Assembly: GCF_009914755.1 (NCBI RefSeq)
Contig: NC_060929.1
From: the human T2T-CHM13v2.0 reference genome, Homo sapiens
Length of the DNA: 64,000 nt
Reading direction: 5' to 3' (one strand)
In this document: positions 1 to 14,038 of the stretch, in pieces
Position numbering within the stretch: position 1 is the first letter of the stretch
How the letters are laid out: each line of letters opens with the position of its first letter
Position numbers and translations under genes: made by a program
Notes under the pieces: generated by a model
Seen by the model: only the letters and a program-made list of their open reading frames with translations
Databases searched by the model: none
What the model was told of the DNA's origin: nothing

Positions 1-1
1 G

Positions 2-398
<397 letters not shown>

Positions 399-1189
399 AA
401 AATATTATTATTTATTTTTGGTAACTTTAAATATCATTTTCAATTTTGTAGGTTATAGCAGAGCAGTGTATAATATATGTAAGAGAACAAAAATAAATTT
501 CTAAGGGGCCACAAAGTGCTAGTAACCTTATTCTTTGGAGGAAATAGTATGTAATTATTTTCCACTACTCTGAGTGATTGCTGTACTAGAACATACAGTC
601 AAACTCATTTCTACAGTGTCCCAAAGAGAGTGGTATTTTTTGTTGTTTCTCACTGATGGGGATTTAACTCTGCATGTCTGACATTGAGCTGAATAACTCC
701 TACTGGGATTTGAAAATCTTTTCACAATAGGCAGACTTTTTGTATGCATAGACTGGGAGAAGTAGCATGGATTCACGGTAAGGAGATTTAAAAGTTGTAG
801 ATTTAGAAAAGAAGAAATTGAAGAAAGGATAATTGTATTATAATTACTTTTTGTTCAGTATTCTATTTCAATGACAATAACCAATTTGCTCATTATTAAA
901 TCCATAAATGAGGTTATAGTACTAGTCACATTCATTCAAAGGCATTTTAGGGAGAAATATAATAACCAATGAATTAGCTGAAATTTTAATTTGTAACCAC
1001 TTATTTCAAAAATTCAGTTATATGGAGGGTACAATATTAATGCCAAATCATGTAATATATTTTATATTCTGTCAATTTATGTATCTTTATTTTGGGTACA
1101 CTAACAAATCTTAGTGATCATTGTCTCCCTTTCCTAAATAATAAAGTCAATATTCCTTTCTGATTTACAGGAAAAAAAATGCATTAAAA

Positions 1190-1294
1190 AATAGATTCAG
1201 GTGATACATGTGCAAGCTTGTTACATGGTCATATTGTATAATGCAGAGATTTGGGCTGCTACTGTGCCTGCCACCTGAATATTGAACATTGTAG
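1190..1294 (-). mobile_element. Short L1 3'-end fragment (L1PB/L1PA16-like)
   Basis: GATACATGTGCAAGCTTGTTACATGG...TGAACATTGTA resembles the antisense L1 3' terminus. Confidence 0.6.
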
Positions 1295-2559
1295 TCCCTT
1301 GCCTTTTCTTCCTATTTGATCAGTATGCTTTTTTTCCCCATAAAAGGAATCATTTACACTACAGTATGTTTCTGACTTTTTTCTATGGCGTGTCCCCATT
1401 ATGACACAACCCACTATACTTGACCACTTTCTTCCCAGCCACTAATGTGAGTTGCCCTATTTATTTTGGGCATCTTCGGTTTTTCTTATGTTTCTTGCTA
1501 TGTCTTCTTACTTTTAGATATTATTTTGCCAATTTTCTTCTTTTTTAACATGTCACTCATCTTCTAAATACCTCCCTTTACAAACATCGTTCTAGTTATT
1601 TACCATAATCCAAATGAAATTTGAATTCAAGATATTTTAATGACACAATATTAATTGAAAACCAATTCACACAAATATAATAATGTTTTGAATACAAGGT
1701 GCCACTGACATAGTGGGAATATAGATTTTTATAGTCTTTGGCAAAGTAGAATGTAGCTAGGTTCTCTATAGATATGTGGGGATGTTACCTTTCTTTATTG
1801 AACATGTGTGAAAAAATTAATTATCTTCCATGCAAAATAATTCATCTATAGCATATAGAAAAAGATGAAATTCATCTTCTGTCTGCACACTTATGTTCAT
1901 TCATCTCATCTCCAAGCTAGTCATAGACTGAACACAAAGCAAAGACAAGTGTACTCAATCTCTGAAAGCAAACAGCTGCACCAGAGACGGGGTCAAGGAC
2001 ATGTGCATAAGCATGCATGCAGCAATTAGTATTACATTGGACCCATTTCCTTCTTTGAGTGGTAGCTAAAACAACACAAATCTGGATGACACAAATTTTA
2101 ATGAAAAAATTATTTACTGTAATCTTCAAACTCCTAGTGTGATATTGCTTTCCTCTCTGCTAGAAGCAAAATAACCTATTTATTATTCAGAAAATTATTC
2201 ACTGAGTTAGATAATATCAATGCCATATGCTTACTTGCTGGGAATTTCAAGGGTTGAAGCTGGCAATAACTTGAAATCTACCTATTAGCTTTATGGTTTA
2301 ATTTTGGCTCTTGTGCCAATAGTAATGGAATAAAATATATTTATTTCCAAAACTTACAGCTTTTGAAGAGAAGAATAAATATATGTTAAGGAATAAGTAA
2401 TATAAAAAACTGTTGTGGGAAAGCATTCAAACTATAGTCGGTCTTTTAATAATTTGGAATTTGTCACAATTAGACAAAAGGTGGCTTAAATATTATTTTG
2501 ACATTACATATGAAATAAAGCATTGAAGGAAAAATAAAACTAAAGGTATAATATGCATA

Positions 2560-2562
<3 letters not shown>

Positions 2563-2600
<38 letters not shown>
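2563..2600. repeat. (TG)n microsatellite
   Basis: Perfect GT dinucleotide run, seen directly. Confidence 0.97.
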
Positions 2601-2602
<2 letters not shown>

Positions 2603-4359
2603 TTATAGATGTCCCCAAAAATAGTAAGGAGGTACATAACAACAAAAAAAGGAACAAAAATTATGGCATTTTAACAGGGTATTTAAGGAGAAGTAGGGTT
2701 CTATCAGCTGAAGAAGTGAGGAGGAGCCGGTAGGACCATGCCTTTTGCTATCTAGAGTAAGATTTTAAACCATAAGGAACACAACTATTCTTGCTTCTGT
2801 TTCATAGGAATGAAGAAGGAAAAGACTAATTTGTTAAATTAAACAATCATGATTCAAAATACTTTTGACAGGTTGTCATACTAAATAAGATGAATGACAG
2901 AATGTTAGAGAAATACATGTAAGTTCTGCATTTAAATTAAAGCAGTGTTGATTAAATTCTCACTATTTAATTTTGTTACTGTACTACTTTGATAAAAAGA
3001 GTGATCCAAAATCAGATTATACACCATTGGTTACAGATAAACAGAAGATAATACTAGTGTTGTTTTCAAATATTTAAAAAACTATCATAAGTAATAAGAA
3101 TGTATTTGTTGCTCTATATCACCTAGATATTAAAAATAAGGTCACTTACAAATGATAGAGAATCAAGAATCAAATTTGGGTTCTGTATACAACTTGTTTA
3201 AAGTATCACAATAAAATTACACAGTAAGCTTTCAATCGCTATGTGCATGTAAGCTAATACTCCTTTTCCAGAGGTATGCTGTTAACATTATATAAGAAAA
3301 TTCATTTTCGCAAATATTAAACTGTACAACTCCATGAATGGTTTGGGGTTTTATTTGCTTTGTTTTGTTTTGTTGCTCTTTTTTTTACTTATTACTGAAT
3401 ATCTCATGCCTAGAATAATATCTAATATAAATTAGGAATTTGATAAAAATTAACAGAATGAATAAGTGAAAGTGTAACATAGAAATGGTTTTTATTATTT
3501 TGCACCTTACACAGTTCTAATGTACATTATACATTTATGCTTACAGAAAATAAATGGTCTTAAAATATCTTCAAAGATATAAGAAATGAAGAAAAATATA
3601 TTTGAAATGTCTTCCAAATATAATCTCCTATGGTTTTCTATTCTGTTGTATTGTATAGTATCAAAAGGAAATTAATAATCCAGGAAAATCTTGTCTATAT
3701 AAGGTAATATATTAATAAAGACTAATTTTGGTTATTTGCAATTTTGGAAAGGTTCTTACTCAGAGTTGTTAAACTCCAGACAATAGTCAATTTAGCCCTT
3801 TGTGAATCAATTTAACTATTTAATTATAATTACCTTTATTTTCAATTATCTCTTATCAGGCAGTTTAGTGTAAAAAATTTCAGATACAATACTTTTTAAA
3901 CTAAACAAGAAAGCAGATCTTGCCCACTTGAAATAGGCAATTCCAAACAACAAATAGATTGATAAGAATTTCAGTAGATTAATATAAAACAAGTAAAGGA
4001 AAATAATAATTTTAGAACTTTGTTTCACTAGATAACCATCTTTTAAATATCCCTAGTAATATGCCACATGAACAAAGACCAATCATATTATGCTTTATAA
4101 AAATCACTTATATTCATATCATTTCCAATCAAGTGGAAATTTGCATTAAAATATAAAATAGGATTGATAACTGTGTAAAATCTGTTTTTTACTATTTTTT
4201 TCCTTTTAAAGTTGGCAATTGAGGGTATGCTGAAGTTATTCCAAAACAGTTACCATTTTCTTGCTTTCAAAACTACTTTTTTCCCTCTCTTTTTCTATCT
4301 TTCCAGTGTAGCTACCCTTCTCCTAGTTGTTTCAGTCTTGCTAAATAGCCACTTTGTCA

Positions 4360-5800
4360 TTGATTTATTCAATTAAATCATTCTGGGTGTCAATAACATC
4401 ATAAATATACCAAGTTTGTGAAATAAGGGATAAGTAAGGTATGGTTTCTGGGGTCAGATAAGTATGGAACACAGAAAATAATTATTAAAATACAAAATCA
4501 GAGACCAGAAGAGAGAGACCTAATTTAAAACCTGGAAAACTGTTTTTTGTTTGTTTGTTTGTTTTTGAGAAAGGAGTGCTGTTTGGGAAGGTAAGAATAG
4601 GATAGAGATAGTGGAATGAATTGCTCTGGAAAGTGGGATGGATATTTAAGAAATAAGAGGCTTAAGAAAGCATTGGACTATTTTTGAAGAAATACTCGTG
4701 AATATCAATTGGAATTAAGGCTGTTGAGGCAGAAATAATTTGATAAAGGTTTATTGGAAGGCAAATGTGAGGATTAACCTAAGAAGACATATCAACAAAG
4801 GTGAGAGTGTCCCATAGTCTGTTACAAATTGGAAAGCTGTTTACAGTAGAGATTAGAAGAGAGGAGGGGCTCCTTGTACTGTAGTTGTTACTCCGGAAGT
4901 TACAAACAGCTATAGATTGCAACATACAGGCTAAAATATCGAAGTGGGAAACAATCAGTAAAACCTCATGACTCAGAAATAAATCATCATCCTTTTCAAT
5001 GTGGGTAGGTCATACATTAATCAATATGTCAATAATGTGAGGAAATCATTATTATATATATATATATTTTAACTCAAGACAGAATGATTCCATGACAAGT
5101 CCTTCCCAAAGTGGGTTGATTTGGAAACCTGTACATTTTTAAAGGAAACTGTCAAACGGGACCTTTAGAGTTACATTGGTATGACAGGCATGAGATGAAG
5201 CTGAAAGTGGGTAAAGAAGAACCCGAAGTATTTCTGCTCTGGGATTTTACCAAAATTCTGAAGAAAATGGGAAAGCATTGAAGGTTTGTAAACAGCAGAA
5301 CTGTGTGACCAGATTTAGATTTGGAAGGAAAAAAATCGTACTAAACATTTATAATACATTAATTGGAGGAAAGTTCCAAGTGCTGGACAACAGGTAAGAA
5401 ACAGAGAGAGAGAGAGGTTGGGGAGAGAGAAAGATAATGAATGAAGGAATCAGGGTCAGAATGAAGAAACAAAATATTTAGGTTGTGATGTCATCAAAAC
5501 ATGGGCATAAATTGGATATGAGAGATAATGAAAGGAAATTCAAATATGTAACACTCTACTCAAGTAACTTAGTAAAGAGTGATGTCACTGACAGTGACGT
5601 CTGTGGTGGTCATTGCTACAGAGAATACAAGAGCATTCTGGCTGTTGTGCTAAGGGTATGAGGAAGGTAATTTAAATTCCGTATATGATTGTTAAGTTAG
5701 AGGCAACTGGGATGTCTAGTTATCAACTGACTATAATTTTCTGAAAACTTGGAGAGAAGTTTGGCATTCTTATATAATTTGTGTTATCAAGACTTAACTG
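4360..5800 (-). mobile_element. Degraded L2 LINE, interrupted by an LTR
   Basis: Purine-rich antisense L2-like motifs (GGGAAAGCATTGAAGGTTTGTAAACAG...GACCAGATTTAGATTTGGAAGG) on both sides of the LTR at 4699-5175. Confidence 0.55.
4699..5175 (-). mobile_element. Solo ERV1-class LTR (MER67-like)
   Basis: TG...CA termini. Antisense AATAAA (TTTATT at ~4751). GGAATTAAGGCTGTTGAGGCAGAAATAATTTGATAAAGG motif recalled from MER67-type LTRs. Confidence 0.5.
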
Positions 5801-6227
5801 TTGAGAGGAAATCATAAACATAAGTGAGCTAATTTAGGTAGGATAATTTCAATACAGAGAAGAGAGGAGAAAACCAAAGTGAATACCAAGAGTGGCATGC
5901 AAAGGCAATATGAAAGTATTCAACTATGAAAGGTAAGGAATATTTAAAAAAAAACATTTTTATGTAATGGTATTACTAATATCCATATTTAAGGAGACAC
6001 AGAGAAAAATTATAATGTGAGAATAAGCAGAACTCATGGTGATTACTGATTGAAAACCAAGCCACCCAGAAAAAGGAGAACCATAAGGACTTTCCACAGA
6101 TATACTTGTTTCACATAACTTTAATAACAAAAGAGAGGAGAACAGGAGTATGGATGCAGAAAATTTGGTTTAGGCAGAAAAACAGAAGAGTTCCAAGATG
6201 ATGGCCTTAATTTATTGGAGCGTGTCC

Positions 6228-6229
<2 letters not shown>

Positions 6230-6264
<35 letters not shown>
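6230..6264. repeat. (TG)n microsatellite
   Basis: Seen directly. Source of the HTHTHT ORF 6121..6336. Confidence 0.97.
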
Positions 6265-6265
<1 letters not shown>

Positions 6266-7814
6266 ATGTTCATGGGAAGAAACAAAAGAGAGCTGCTACC
6301 AGTGAGTGTGCAGGGAGTATGCAAAATTGGCTGCATGAGAAAGTTTGCTGACGTAGACTCCTAGGAAGGCTCTGAATGTGGTAGTGAAAGAACGAATGTC
6401 ATCTGAAACTGCAAATAAGTATTGGTTCTTAGCTGAAAAAGTATGTGTTTTTGTCCCGCTGTGTTCAGGGATTGAATATTGTCACAGAGAAAGCAAAAAT
6501 TCGACCTTACATAGATAGGTGGATGATACAAATTTGGGAACTGCCTGTGTAGGGTGTGGAGACACGTTAGATTAATGAGAAAAGTGGTTAGAGATATATT
6601 GGCTTAAAATCTGTAACGAACTGATTCATTGGGGAAAAAAGAGAAAAATATTGTTGATAGGGTCATAATAGGAAAAACCAACTTCATGATGAGTAAAAAC
6701 ATTTGGGATTTTTAAAGAAAGATTATCAATTTAAAGTTTCTTCATTCACTTTATTGAGCTGGTCAGAAAGTATTATTGAATTTTCTTCAAAATATCTCTA
6801 GTACTCATCACTTCTTTACTGTTTATACTTTAATTTTTTTCGATTTTCTCAAAGTTGTCAGGTTTTCCATAGGCACCATTGACACCTGACCCTTTCTACT
6901 CAATTCAACACTGATTCTACTTCAAGGCAAGCATAAACTCCTGAGCTACCATTGATCTTATCAAAACATACTTTTATGTGGGCATTATTGTCCTAACGTT
7001 TTTCTAAACTTGATAGAAGATTTTAAGCCTCCTTTCCTTTTACATTACCTCCATCTGTGGACTGTACTCGTATTTTACTGATCTCTAAAGATCCTCTTAC
7101 ATTACATGTTGATAACTTCAGCACAGAAGCCTTTTATACTCTGAAGCTTTTTTTAATCTTACATTCCAATATGTGTTTTCTCCTAAAAAATACTTCACCC
7201 CAAATTCAATCACAATAGGCCAGATGGTTTCAATGCATTTATGATTTCCCAGTATTTTTGTACCGTGCACAGCAGTGTCTGGGTGTGCTTTATAAAGTAA
7301 GTTTCTAATCTTTCTCTGCTCACTCTGTAGTAACCAATAGATGTTAAAGTATAATGTTACAGTCTATTTTCCATGCATATGCAAGATAGTAAATTACACT
7401 TGAGAAAATATACTTTCTTGAGAATTAGCTGGCTTCTTATTAACCAACTTCCTTTGTGTGGAAGGTATAAATCAAGACTCCTCGTGACATACACTAGTGC
7501 ATTAGAAGTCAGAATTGATGACTGGAGCAAGCGTGGATTTTTCAGTCATTGCACTGTAAATCTTTATCTAATCCTGAAGATATTTTTTCAGCCTACACTT
7601 ATTTAAGCGACTATAAAATTTATTAGCTGTAGTTACCATTAAACTCTTCAACAGTAGGTTATAAAAGTTTCCTATAACCAGTTTATGAAAAAACTTACGT
7701 TGCTGATACATACACAAAAGACAAGCCTTGCTAACCCATGAGAAATGACCAGTCTGTGTTGGGCAAAAATTGAAGCGTGGAAAAAGGGTAAGAGAATAAT
7801 AAAAGCCCATGGAT

Positions 7815-7960
7815 TGAATCTCATACTAGTTGCCTTGATGAATCAGTTATGTAGTAATGAGAAAAACACTACATTTCTCTGGTTCTGTTTCACTAATTGA
7901 AGAATGAATGAATTACAAAATGTAATTTCTAAGATTATTTCTCTTCTCAATATCTATCAA
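7815..7960 (+). mobile_element. MIR/MIR3 relic
   Basis: CATTTCTCTGGTTCTGTTTCACTAATTGAAGAATG...TTTCTAAGATT resembles the MIR core and MIR3 tail. Confidence 0.45.
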
Positions 7961-8537
7961 ACCAGTAATTTTCCAGCTTTAAAACTGGAAATATGTTCAG
8001 GTGATGGAGAGTAATAACAGGTTTCAATTATAGATATTTTTGATTTTGCATACAAATCATAGTACCATTTTCAGTCCTAGATGATCAGAAGGAAAATGTT
8101 ACCTTTTACATTCTCTGTTCATATTGCATTCAAAATTCTGTCATCTAGGTTGAGTAATACCAGACCTTCTGAAAAGCACACATTACAGGTTTGGTAATAG
8201 AAAATGGACTCTCTATATAAAATTGCCACTAATATCAAATGCAGATTTTTCAAAACATTTACCACTTGATGGCTTTCAAAACAATAATAAGAAAACAGAG
8301 ATCAAGGGACGATTCATATAAAGCTTATCTCACTATTCACCTTTGATTTTCTAATTTGATTCCATTAGTAGAACCTATGCCTGTTTTTGGAAATCAATGT
8401 GATGGAAAAGTTGAAAAACGTATCCATGGAGAAACACAAACACATGAAAAGCATCAGAGTTATTTATCAAACATGTGATCCAGAAGGTGTATAAGGTTAA
8501 TTTTTTAGTTCTTTTTTTTGCATAATCCTATGCTATT

Positions 8538-11028
8538 TCTTTTATTATTATTATTATTATACTTTAAGTTCTGGGGGCCATAGGCAGGATGTGAAGATTT
8601 GTTACATAGGTATACACATGCCATGGTGGTGTGCTGCACCCATCAACCCATTGTCTACATTAGTTATTTGTCTACATTAGTTATTTCTTCTAATGCTATC
8701 CCTCCCCCAGTCCCCACCCCTATAGGCGCCTGTGTGTGATGTTCCTCTCCCTGTGTCCATGAGTTCTCATTGTTCAACTCCCATTTATGAGTGAGAACAT
8801 GTGGCGTTTGGTTTTCTGTTCTTGTGTTAGTTTGCTGAGAATGATGGTTTCCAGCTTCATCCATGTCCCTGCAAAGGACATGAACTCATCCTTTTTTATG
8901 GCTGCATAGCATTCCATGGTATATATGTGACACATTTCCTTTATCCAGTCTATCATTGATGGGCATTTAGATTGGTTCCAAGTCTTTTATATTGTGAACA
9001 GTGCCACAAGAAACATACACGTGCATGTGTCTTTATAGTAGAATGATTTATAATAATTTGGGTATATAGCCAGTAATGAGATTGCTGGGTCACATGGTGT
9101 TTCTAGTTCTAGATGCTTCAGGAATCGCCACACTGTCTTCCACAATGGTTGAACTAATTTACACTTCCACCAACAGTGTAAAAGCTTTCCTATTTCTCCA
9201 CATCCTCTCCAGCAGCTGTTGTTTCCTGACTTTTTAATGATCACCATTCTAACTGGCATAAGATGTTATCTCATTGTGGTTTTGGTTTGCATTTCTCTAA
9301 TGACCAGTGATGATGAGCCTTTTTTCATATGTATGTTGGCTGCATAAATACCTTCTTTTGAGAAGTGTCTGTTCATATCCTTTGCCCACTTTTTGATGGG
9401 GTTGTTTTTCTCTTGTAAATTTGTTTAAGTTCTTTGTAGATTCTGGATATTAGTTCTTTGTCAGATGGATAGATTGCAAAAATTTTCTCCCATTCTGTAG
9501 GTTGCCTGCTCACTCTGATGATAGTTTCTTTGCTGTGCAGAAGCTCTTTAGTTTAATTAGGACTCATTTGTCTATTTTGGCTTTTGTTGCCATTGCTTTT
9601 GGTATTTTGGTCGTGAAGTCTTTGCCCCTGCCTATGTCCTGAATGGTATTGCCTAGGTTTTCTTCTAGTGTTTTTATGGTTTTAGGTCTTATGTTTAAGT
9701 CTTTAATCCATCTTGAGTTAATTTTTGTATAAAGTGTAAGGAAGGGATCCAGTTTCAGTTTTCTGCATATGGCTAGCCAGTTTTCCCAACACCATTTATT
9801 AAATAGAGAATGCTTTCCCCATTGCTTGTTGTCAGGTTTGTCAAAGATCAGATGGTTGTATGTAGATGTTTGGTGTTATTTCTGAGGTCTCTGTTCTGAT
9901 CCATTGGTCAGTCTCTCTGTTTTGGTACCAGTACCATGCTGTCTTGATTACTGTAGCCTTGTAATATAGTTTGAAGTCAAGTAGTATGGTGCCTCCAGCT
10001 TTGTTCTTCTTGCTTAGGATTGTCTTGGCTATGAGGGCTCTTGTTTGGTTCCATATGAAATTTAAAGCAGTTTTATTTTTCTAATTTGGTGAAGAAAGTT
10101 GGTGTTAGCTTGGTGGGGATAGCATTGAATCTATAAATTATTTTGGGAAGTATGGCCATTTTCATGATATTGATTCTTCCTATCCATGAGCATGGAATGT
10201 TTTTCTGTTTATTTGTGTCCTCTCTTATTTCGTTGAGCAGTGGTTTATAGTTCTGCTGAAAGAGGTCCTTCATATATAGATAGTTTGAGACAATCCCTTG
10301 TAAGTTGTATTCCTAGGTATTTTATTCTCTTTGTAGCAATTGTGAATGGGAATTCACTCATGATTTGGCTCTCTGTTTAACTGTTATTGGTGTATAGGAA
10401 TGCTTGTGATTTTTGCACATTGATTTTTTATCTTGTGACTTTGCTGAAGTTATTTATCAGCTTAAGGAGGTTTTGGGCTGAGACGATGGGGTTTTCTAAA
10501 TATACAATCATGTCATCCACGAACAGAGACAATTTGACTTCCTCTTTTCCTAACTGAATACCCTTTATTTCTTTCTCTTGCCTGATCTCCCTGGCCAGGA
10601 CTACCAACACTATGTTGAATAGGAGTGGTAAGAAAGGGCATCCTTGTCTTGTGCTGGTTTTCAAAGGGAATGCTTCCAGTTTTTGCCCATTCAATATGAT
10701 TTTGGCTGTGGGTTTGTCATAAATAGCTCTTATTATTTTGAGATACTTTCCACCAATACCTAGTTTATTGAGCGTTTTTAGCATGAAGGGCTGTTGAATT
10801 TTGTCGAAGGCTTTTTCTGCATCTATTGAGATAATCATATGGTTTTTGTCATTGGTTTTGTTTATGTGATGGATTATGTTTATTGATTTGCATATGTTGG
10901 ACCAGCCTTGCATCCCAGGGATGAAGCTGACTTGATTGTGGTGGATAAGATTTTTGATGTGCTGCTGGATTCGGTTTGCCAGTATTTTATTGAGGATTTT
11001 TGCATCGACATTCACCATGAATATTGGC

Positions 11029-11123
<95 letters not shown>

Positions 11124-13672
11124 CTCTGCCAGATTTTGGAATCAGGATGATGCTGGCCTCATAAAATGAGTTAGGGAGGATTCCCTCTTTCTCTATATTT
11201 TGGATTAGTTTCAGAAGGAATGGTACTAGTTCCTCTTTGTACTTCTGGTAGAATTTGGCTGTGAATCTGTCTGGTCCTGGCCTTTTTTTGGTTTGTAGGC
11301 TATTAATTACTGCTTCAATTTCAGAACTTGCTATTAGTCTATTCAGGGATTTGACCTCTTCCTGGTTTAGTCTTGGGAGGGTGTATGTGTCCAGGAATTT
11401 ATCCATTTATTCTAGATTTTCTAGTTTATTTGTGTAGAAATGTTTATAGTATTCTCTGAAGGTAGTTTGTATTTCTGTGGGATCGATGGTGATATCCCCT
11501 GTATTATTTTTTATTGCATCTATTTGATTCTTCTCCCTTTTCTTCTTTATTAGTCTGGCTAGCAGTCTATCTATTTTGTTGATCCTTTCAAAAAAACAGC
11601 TCCTGAATTCATTGATTTTTTGAAGGGATTTTCGTGTCTCTATCTCCTTCAGTTCTGCTCTGATCTTAGTTATTTCTTGTCTTCTGCTAGCTTTTGAATT
11701 TGTTTGCTCTTGCTTCTCTAGTCCTTTTAATTGTGAAATTAGGGTGTCAATTTTAGATCTTTCCTGCTTTCCCTTGTGGGCACTTAGTGCTATAAATTTC
11801 CCTCTACACATTGGCTTAAATGTGTCCCACAGATTCTGGTACCTTTTGTCTTTGCTCTCATTGATTTCAAAGAACATCTTTATGCCTGCCTTCATTTTGT
11901 TATTTACCCAGTAGTCATTCAGGAACAGGTTGATCAGTTTCCATGTAGTTGTGCAGTTTTGTGTGAGTTTCTTACTCCTGAGTTCTAATTTGCACTGTGG
12001 TCTGAGAGACAGCTTGTTATGACTTCCGTTCTTTTGCATTTGCTGAGAAGTGTTTTACTTCCAATTATGTGGTCAATTTTAGCCTAATTGTGGTGTGGTG
12101 TTGAGAAGAATGTATATTCTGTTGATTTGGGGTAGAGAGTTCTGTAGATGTCTGTTAAGTCTGCTTGGTCCAGAGCTGAGTTCAAGTCCTGGATATCATT
12201 GTTAATGTTCTATCTTGTTGATCTGTCTAATATTGACAGTGGGGTGTTAAAGTCTTCCACTATCATTGTGTGGAAGTCTACGTCTCTTTGGAGGTCTCTA
12301 AGAACTTGTATTATGAATCTGGGTGCTCCTGTATTGGGTGCATATATATTTAGGATAGTTAGCTCTTCTTGTTGAATTGATCCCTTTACCATTATGTAAT
12401 GCCCTTCTTTGTCTTTTCTGATCTTTGTTGCTTTAAAGTCTGTTTTGTCAGAGATAGAATTGCAACCTCTGCTTTTTATTTGCTTTCCCTTTGCTTGGTA
12501 AATCTTCCTCCATCAGTTTATTTTGAGCCTATATGTGTCTTTGCACGTGAGATTGGTTTCCTGAATACAGCACGCTGATGGGTTTTTGACTCTATCCAAT
12601 TTGCCACTCTGTGTCTTTTAATTGGGGCATTTTGTCATTTACATTTAACGTTAATATTGTTGTGTGAATTTATCCTGTCGTTATGATGCTAGCTGGTTAT
12701 TTTTCCCATTAGTTGATGCTGTTTCTTCATAGCGTCAATCGTCTTTATAATTTAGTATGTTTTTGTAGTGGATTGTACCGCTTGTTCCTTTCCATGTTTA
12801 GCGCTTCCTTCAGGAGCTCTTGTAAAGCAGGCCTGGTGGTGACAAAATCTCTGAGCATTTGCTTTTCTATAAAGGATTTTATTTGTCCTTCAAGCTTAGT
12901 TTGGCTAGATATGAAATTCTATCTAGGGTTGAAAATTCTGTTTTTTAAGAATGTCAACTATTGGCCCCCACTCTCCTCTGTCTTGTAGGGTTTCTGCCAA
13001 GAGATTTGTTGTTGATCTAATCGGCCTCCCTTTATGGGTAACCTGAACTTTCTCTCTGGCTGCTCTTTACATTTTTTCCTTCATTTCAACCTTGGTGAAT
13101 CTGACAATTATGTGTCTTGGAGTTGCTCTTCTCGAGGAGTATCTTTGTGGCGTTCTCTGTATTTCCTGAATTTGAATGTTGGCCTGCCTTGCTAAGCTGG
13201 GGAAGTTCTCCTGGATAATATCCTGAAGAGTGTTTTCTAACTTGGTTCCATTCTCCCTGTCACTTTCAGGTACACCAATCAAACATAGATTTGGTCTTTT
13301 CACATAGTCCCATGTTTCTTGAAGGCTTTGTTTGTTTCTTTTCACTCTTTTTTCTCTAATCTTGTCTTCTCACTTTATTTTATTGAGTTGATTTTCAATA
13401 TCTGATATCCTTTCTTCTGCTTGATCGATTCAGCTATTGATATGTATGCTTCACGAAGTTCTCATGCTGTGTTTTTCAGCTCCATCAGGTCATTTATGTT
13501 CTTCTCTAAACTGGTTATTCTAGTTTGCAATTCATCTAGCATTTTTTCAATATTCTTAGCTTCCTTGCATTCCGTTAGAACATGTGCTCTGTCCCTGGGA
13601 CTTATCTATAAGACCCTGACTGGGGCTACTGCCTTTTTTTTCAGAGATGCCCTGCCCAGACAGCAGGAATTT
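8538..13672 (-). mobile_element. Near-full-length inactive LINE-1 (L1PA7/L1PA8-like), 5'-truncated with an internal deletion
   Basis: Minus-strand ORF fragments match ORF2p endonuclease (MVKGSIQQEELTILNIYAPNTGAPRF), RT ([30 protein letters not shown]) and C-terminus (CWRGCGE, ETIILSKLTQEQKTK), and ORF1p (WDYVKRPNL, RATPRHIIVRFTKVEMKEKM). Many stops and frameshifts. ORF2 ATG reads ACG (~12679-12681). (TTA)n tail at ~8541-8560. Confidence 0.96.
11032..11121. repeat. Compound (TA)n(TG)n microsatellite inside L1 ORF2
   Basis: Seen directly. Flanked by contiguous L1 ORF2 sequence. Confidence 0.97.
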
Positions 13673-13722
13673 CGTTCTTTATAAACAGATTTGTTTTATT
13701 AGAATCTTACTCAGAAGTTACT

Positions 13723-14038
13723 GGTCAGGTGCAGTGGCTCACGCCTGTAATTCCAGCACTTTGGGAGGCCGAGGTAGGTGGATCACAAGGTCAGGAGATT
13801 GAGACCATCCTGGCTAACACGGTGAAACCCCGTTTCTACTAAAAATACAAAAAATTAGCCAGGTGTGGTGGCGGGTACCTGTAGCCCCACCTACTCAGGA
13901 GGCTGAGGCAGGGGAGTATTGTGAACCTGGGAGGCAGAGCTTGCAGTGAGCCGGGATGGTGCCACTGCCCTCCAGCACTCCAGCCTGGGCGACAGAGTGA
14001 GACTCTAATGAAAAAAAAAAAAAAAACAAAACGAAAAA
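13723..14038 (+). mobile_element. Alu (AluY-like) with TSD AGAAGTTACT
   Basis: GAGACCATCCTGGCTAACACGG and GGCAGAGCTTGCAGTGAG are Y-type diagnostics. TSD at 13713-13722 and 14039-14048. Confidence 0.93.

Noticed and set aside
8651-8686. Short tandem duplications (TTGTCTACATTAGTTAT x2 here; TGATATGGTTAAA x2 at ~20883-20913)
   Set aside because: Ordinary slippage duplications, with only two units and no spacer array, so not CRISPR-like.
8664-13684. L1 ORF1/ORF2 fragments as a functional reverse transcriptase system
   Set aside because: Multiple stops and frameshifts, mutated ORF2 start, microsatellite insertion, and deleted promoter and ORF1 N-terminus.
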